From Deltaproteobacteria bacterium (GTDB lineage: Bacteria; Myxococcota_A; UBA9160; UBA6930), in NCBI GenBank assembly GCA_029261795.1, contig JAJDAP010000064.1, forward strand, positions 3,420 to 67,419: 64,000 nt of DNA, written 5' to 3'. Below the pieces are notes generated by a model. That model searched no databases and was not told where the DNA came from. It saw only the letters and a program-made list of their open reading frames with translations. Position 1 is the first letter of the stretch. Each line of letters opens with the position of its first letter. A program made the translations under genes and the position numbers. Shown in pieces: positions 61,297-64,000 of the stretch.

Positions 61297-62580
61297 ATGG
61301 CAGCGCGCAAGAAGACCGCGAAGAAGGCATCGAAGAAGACCACCAGGAAGGCTGCCAGCAAGAAGGCACCGCGCGGCGCCCAGAAAGCGCGCAAGAAGGC
61401 GCCGGCCTCCAAGAAGCAGATCGCGGCTTCGGACGCCGAGGCCGAACGACGCGCGGCTGCGGTCAAGAAGCAGAACGAGCGGATGAACGCGGTCACGGTC
61501 TCGGCGATCGAGAAGACCGCGACCGGCGTGCACGGGCGCATCAACAAGAAGGGGAAGCCGGACCTGGCCTTCCCGATCCGCTCGCTGAAGAACGTCTCGT
61601 ACTCCCAGAAGAAGGGCTACTTCGAGATCGGCAAGCAGAAGAAGACGCGGACGCTCACGGTCAACACCGTGAAGAACTTCGCGCAGACGTTGCGCATGAT
61701 GGGGCTCTCGAAAGAACTCGTCGAAACAAACGACTTCGCCACCAAGCGAGACGCCTACTACCAGAGCAAGAATTGGGACGACGCGCGCTTCAGCGAGCAG
61801 AGCGAGAGCGACGCCGTGATGGACGATATCGAGGCGATGTTCTCGGTCGACAGCGTCTCCCGCGAGCAGCTGCGCTTCATTCCGGACGAGGCTTCGAACG
61901 GCTCCGTGGCCGGCCAGTTGATGGTGCTCGACCCGGACCGCGATACTGGCGAGATCATCCGCATCGATTGCACGGGCTTCGGCTCGGGCGCCTACGCGAT
62001 CCCGTCCTCGGTCGAGCAGCTCTCCTTCGAAACCGACGCCGAGTTCATCCTCTGCGTCGAGACCGGCGGCATCTTCCAGCGCCTCCAGAGCCACAAGTTC
62101 TGGCAGAGCTCGAACTGCGTGTTGATCTCGATGGGCGGTGTCCCCTCCCGGGCCTGCCGGCGTTTCGTGCGCAAGCTTTCGGATGAAGCTCGCATCCCAG
62201 TCTACGCGTTCGTGGATTGCGACCCCTACGGCATCTCGAACATCTACCGAACCCTCAAGGTCGGGTCGGGCAATGCCGCCCACCTTTCCCAGTTCTTCTG
62301 TGTGCCCCAGGCGCACTTCCTGGGCGTGACACCCCAGGACATCGTCGACTATCAACTGCCCACCCATCCGCTTCAGGATGTCGACATCAAACGCGCCCGC
62401 GATGCCCTCAAGAACGATCCGTTCTTCCAGGCCCACAAGCCCTGGCAGAAGGCGCTGAACGATCTGCTCAAGATGGGTGTGCGCGCCGAGCAGCAGGCGT
62501 TGGCCAAGTGGGGACTCAACTACGTGATCGAGGAATACCTGCCGGCCAAGCTCGAGAACCCGGGGCAATTCTTGCCGTGA
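61297..62580 (+). CDS. top6A: DNA topoisomerase VI subunit A
   Basis: TKRDAYY (catalytic Tyr region), [27 protein letters not shown]. Confidence 0.95.
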   Translation: MAARKKTAKKASKKTTRKAASKKAPRGAQKARKKAPASKKQIAASDAEAERRAAAVKKQNERMNAVTVSAIEKTATGVHGRINKKGKPDLAFPIRSLKNVSYSQKKGYFEIGKQKKTRTLTVNTVKNFAQTLRMMGLSKELVETNDFATKRDAYYQSKNWDDARFSEQSESDAVMDDIEAMFSVDSVSREQLRFIPDEASNGSVAGQLMVLDPDRDTGEIIRIDCTGFGSGAYAIPSSVEQLSFETDAEFILCVETGGIFQRLQSHKFWQSSNCVLISMGGVPSRACRRFVRKLSDEARIPVYAFVDCDPYGISNIYRTLKVGSGNAAHLSQFFCVPQAHFLGVTPQDIVDYQLPTHPLQDVDIKRARDALKNDPFFQAHKPWQKALNDLLKMGVRAEQQALAKWGLNYVIEEYLPAKLENPGQFLP

Positions 62581-63464
62581 GTGGAACGCCCAAGGGAATC
62601 GTCCTCGCGGGCGGCTCCGGGACGCGCCTCTATCCGATCACCAAGGGCGTCTCGAAGCAGCTACTTCCGGTCTATGACAAGCCGATGGTGTACTACCCGC
62701 TGTCCATCCTGATGCTCGCGGGGATTCGCGAAGTTCTGCTCATCTCGACGCCGCACGATCTTCCGGCTTTCGAGCAGTTGCTAGGCGATGGTTCGCATGT
62801 CGGGCTCTCCATCCAGTACGCAGCCCAGCCGGAGCCGGACGGCATCGCCCAGGCCTTCCGGATCGGGCGTGACTTCATCGGTTCGAAGCCCGTGGCACTC
62901 GCCCTCGGCGACAACGTCTTCTACGGTCATGGTCTCACGGAACAGCTTCGCCATGCCGCGGCTCGGGAAAGCGGCGGCACGGTGTTCGGCTACTGGGTGC
63001 GCGACCCCGAGCGCTACGGCGTCGTCGAGTTCGACGGCGACGGACGCGTCCTTTCGATCGAGGAGAAGCCCGAGAGGCCGCGCTCACCGTGGGCCGTGAC
63101 CGGGCTCTACTTCTATGATTCCGACGTCGTCGCGATAGCGGATTCGATCAAGCCCTCCGCGCGCGGGGAACTCGAGATCACGGACGTCAACAAGGCCTAC
63201 CTCGAACGCGGTGATCTCCACGTCGAGAAACTCGGCCGCGGCTTCGCATGGCTCGATACCGGAACCCACGAATCCCTGCACCAGGCCGGCGCCTTCATCC
63301 AGGCCGTGCAGGAACGCCAGGGCCTGATGGTCTCATGCATCGAAGAGATCGCCTGGCGCATGGGCTACATCGACGATGCCGCGCTCCAGAGGCTCGCCAA
63401 GGAGATGGAGAAGAACGCCTACGGCGCCTATCTCTCGCGGATCCTGAGCGAGACCCGACCATGA
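62577..63464 (+). CDS. rfbA: Glucose-1-phosphate thymidylyltransferase
   Basis: [39 protein letters not shown]; GTG start overlapping the top6A stop. Confidence 0.97.
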   Translation: MSGTPKGIVLAGGSGTRLYPITKGVSKQLLPVYDKPMVYYPLSILMLAGIREVLLISTPHDLPAFEQLLGDGSHVGLSIQYAAQPEPDGIAQAFRIGRDFIGSKPVALALGDNVFYGHGLTEQLRHAAARESGGTVFGYWVRDPERYGVVEFDGDGRVLSIEEKPERPRSPWAVTGLYFYDSDVVAIADSIKPSARGELEITDVNKAYLERGDLHVEKLGRGFAWLDTGTHESLHQAGAFIQAVQERQGLMVSCIEEIAWRMGYIDDAALQRLAKEMEKNAYGAYLSRILSETRP

Positions 63465-64000
63465 AGTTTCGCCCGACGGTGATTCCCGACGTCGTGGCCA
63501 TCGAGCCCGACGTGCACGGCGACGCCCGTGGGTTCTTTCTCGAAACCTGGCACGCCGAGAGGTACGCCGAGGGCGGCGTGGGCGCCCACTTCGTTCAGGA
63601 CAACTGGTCGCGCTCCGAACACGGCATCCTGCGCGGTCTCCACGCACAACTCGACCCGATGATGGGAAAGCTCGTACGCTGTACGGCCGGCGAGATCTTC
63701 GACGTCGCCGTCGACATTCGTCAAGGCTCGCCCAGCTACGGAAAGCACGTCGTAGCGACCCTCAGCGGCGAGAACTACATACAACTCTGGATCCCACCGG
63801 GTTTCCTGCATGGCTTCCTGGTCCTTTCGGAATCCGCCGATGTCGAATACAAGTGCACTTCGATCTACCGCCCCGAAGGCGAGATCGCGGTCGCCTGGAA
63901 CGATCCGACCCTCGCGATCGACTGGCCGCTGTCCGAGCCGAAACTCTCCGAACGCGACCGCGACGCTCCGCCGCTCGCGAGGCTCGAGGATCAGCTTCCT
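63461..64000 (+). CDS. rfbC: dTDP-4-dehydrorhamnose 3,5-epimerase (runs off the window)
   Basis: Read by eye from ATG 63461: [41 protein letters not shown]. Confidence 0.93.
   Translation, partial: MKFRPTVIPDVVAIEPDVHGDARGFFLETWHAERYAEGGVGAHFVQDNWSRSEHGILRGLHAQLDPMMGKLVRCTAGEIFDVAVDIRQGSPSYGKHVVATLSGENYIQLWIPPGFLHGFLVLSESADVEYKCTSIYRPEGEIAVAWNDPTLAIDWPLSEPKLSERDRDAPPLARLEDQLP

Noticed and set aside
60523-62568. Long antisense ORFs (this one, 940-2313, 25475-26797, 54157-55305 and others)
   Set aside because: Shadow frames of well-supported high-GC genes on the opposite strand; no motifs
1-64000. CRISPR array, rRNA or tRNA genes
   Set aside because: No regularly spaced repeat-spacer pattern or RNA gene signature seen

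Overview
High-GC bacterial chromosome segment. Host genes (VWA protein, OmpA lipoprotein, M28 peptidase on the left; topoisomerase VI B/A, rfbA, rfbC on the right) flank a composite island inserted in comM (YifB-family Mg-chelatase-like ATPase). comM breaks at the NPC|xCG motif (core CCATG, 4815-4819), next to a large serine recombinase (LSR1, 4724-6349, minus strand). The same att half-site recurs at 39601-39628, 47071-47098 and 58333-58361, each time directly at the 5' end of a start-less XRE-HTH reading frame. Main observation: the att core lies inside the LSR1 coding sequence. Joining attL to attR (excision) fuses LSR1 in frame to a triple-HTH module (~720-730 aa) and simultaneously restores a ~505-aa comM, whereas the integrated form encodes a 541-aa LSR1 with a tail read from antisense comM. 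Two alternative comM 3' halves are present. Cargo includes an IS3-family element, an IS66, Gabija, and a second LSR with a putative replication ATPase, two coupling-protein-like ATPases and a 28-bp direct repeat resembling its own 3' end. Further cargo: a Rad50/RloC-like ATPase, a PD-(D/E)XK nuclease, a class II RNR, a putative R-M pair, secreted beta-propeller proteins, a TonB/kinase/GGDEF-EAL module and an arginine decarboxylase-N-methyltransferase-membrane protein operon. All calls come from reading motifs by eye; no database searches were run.
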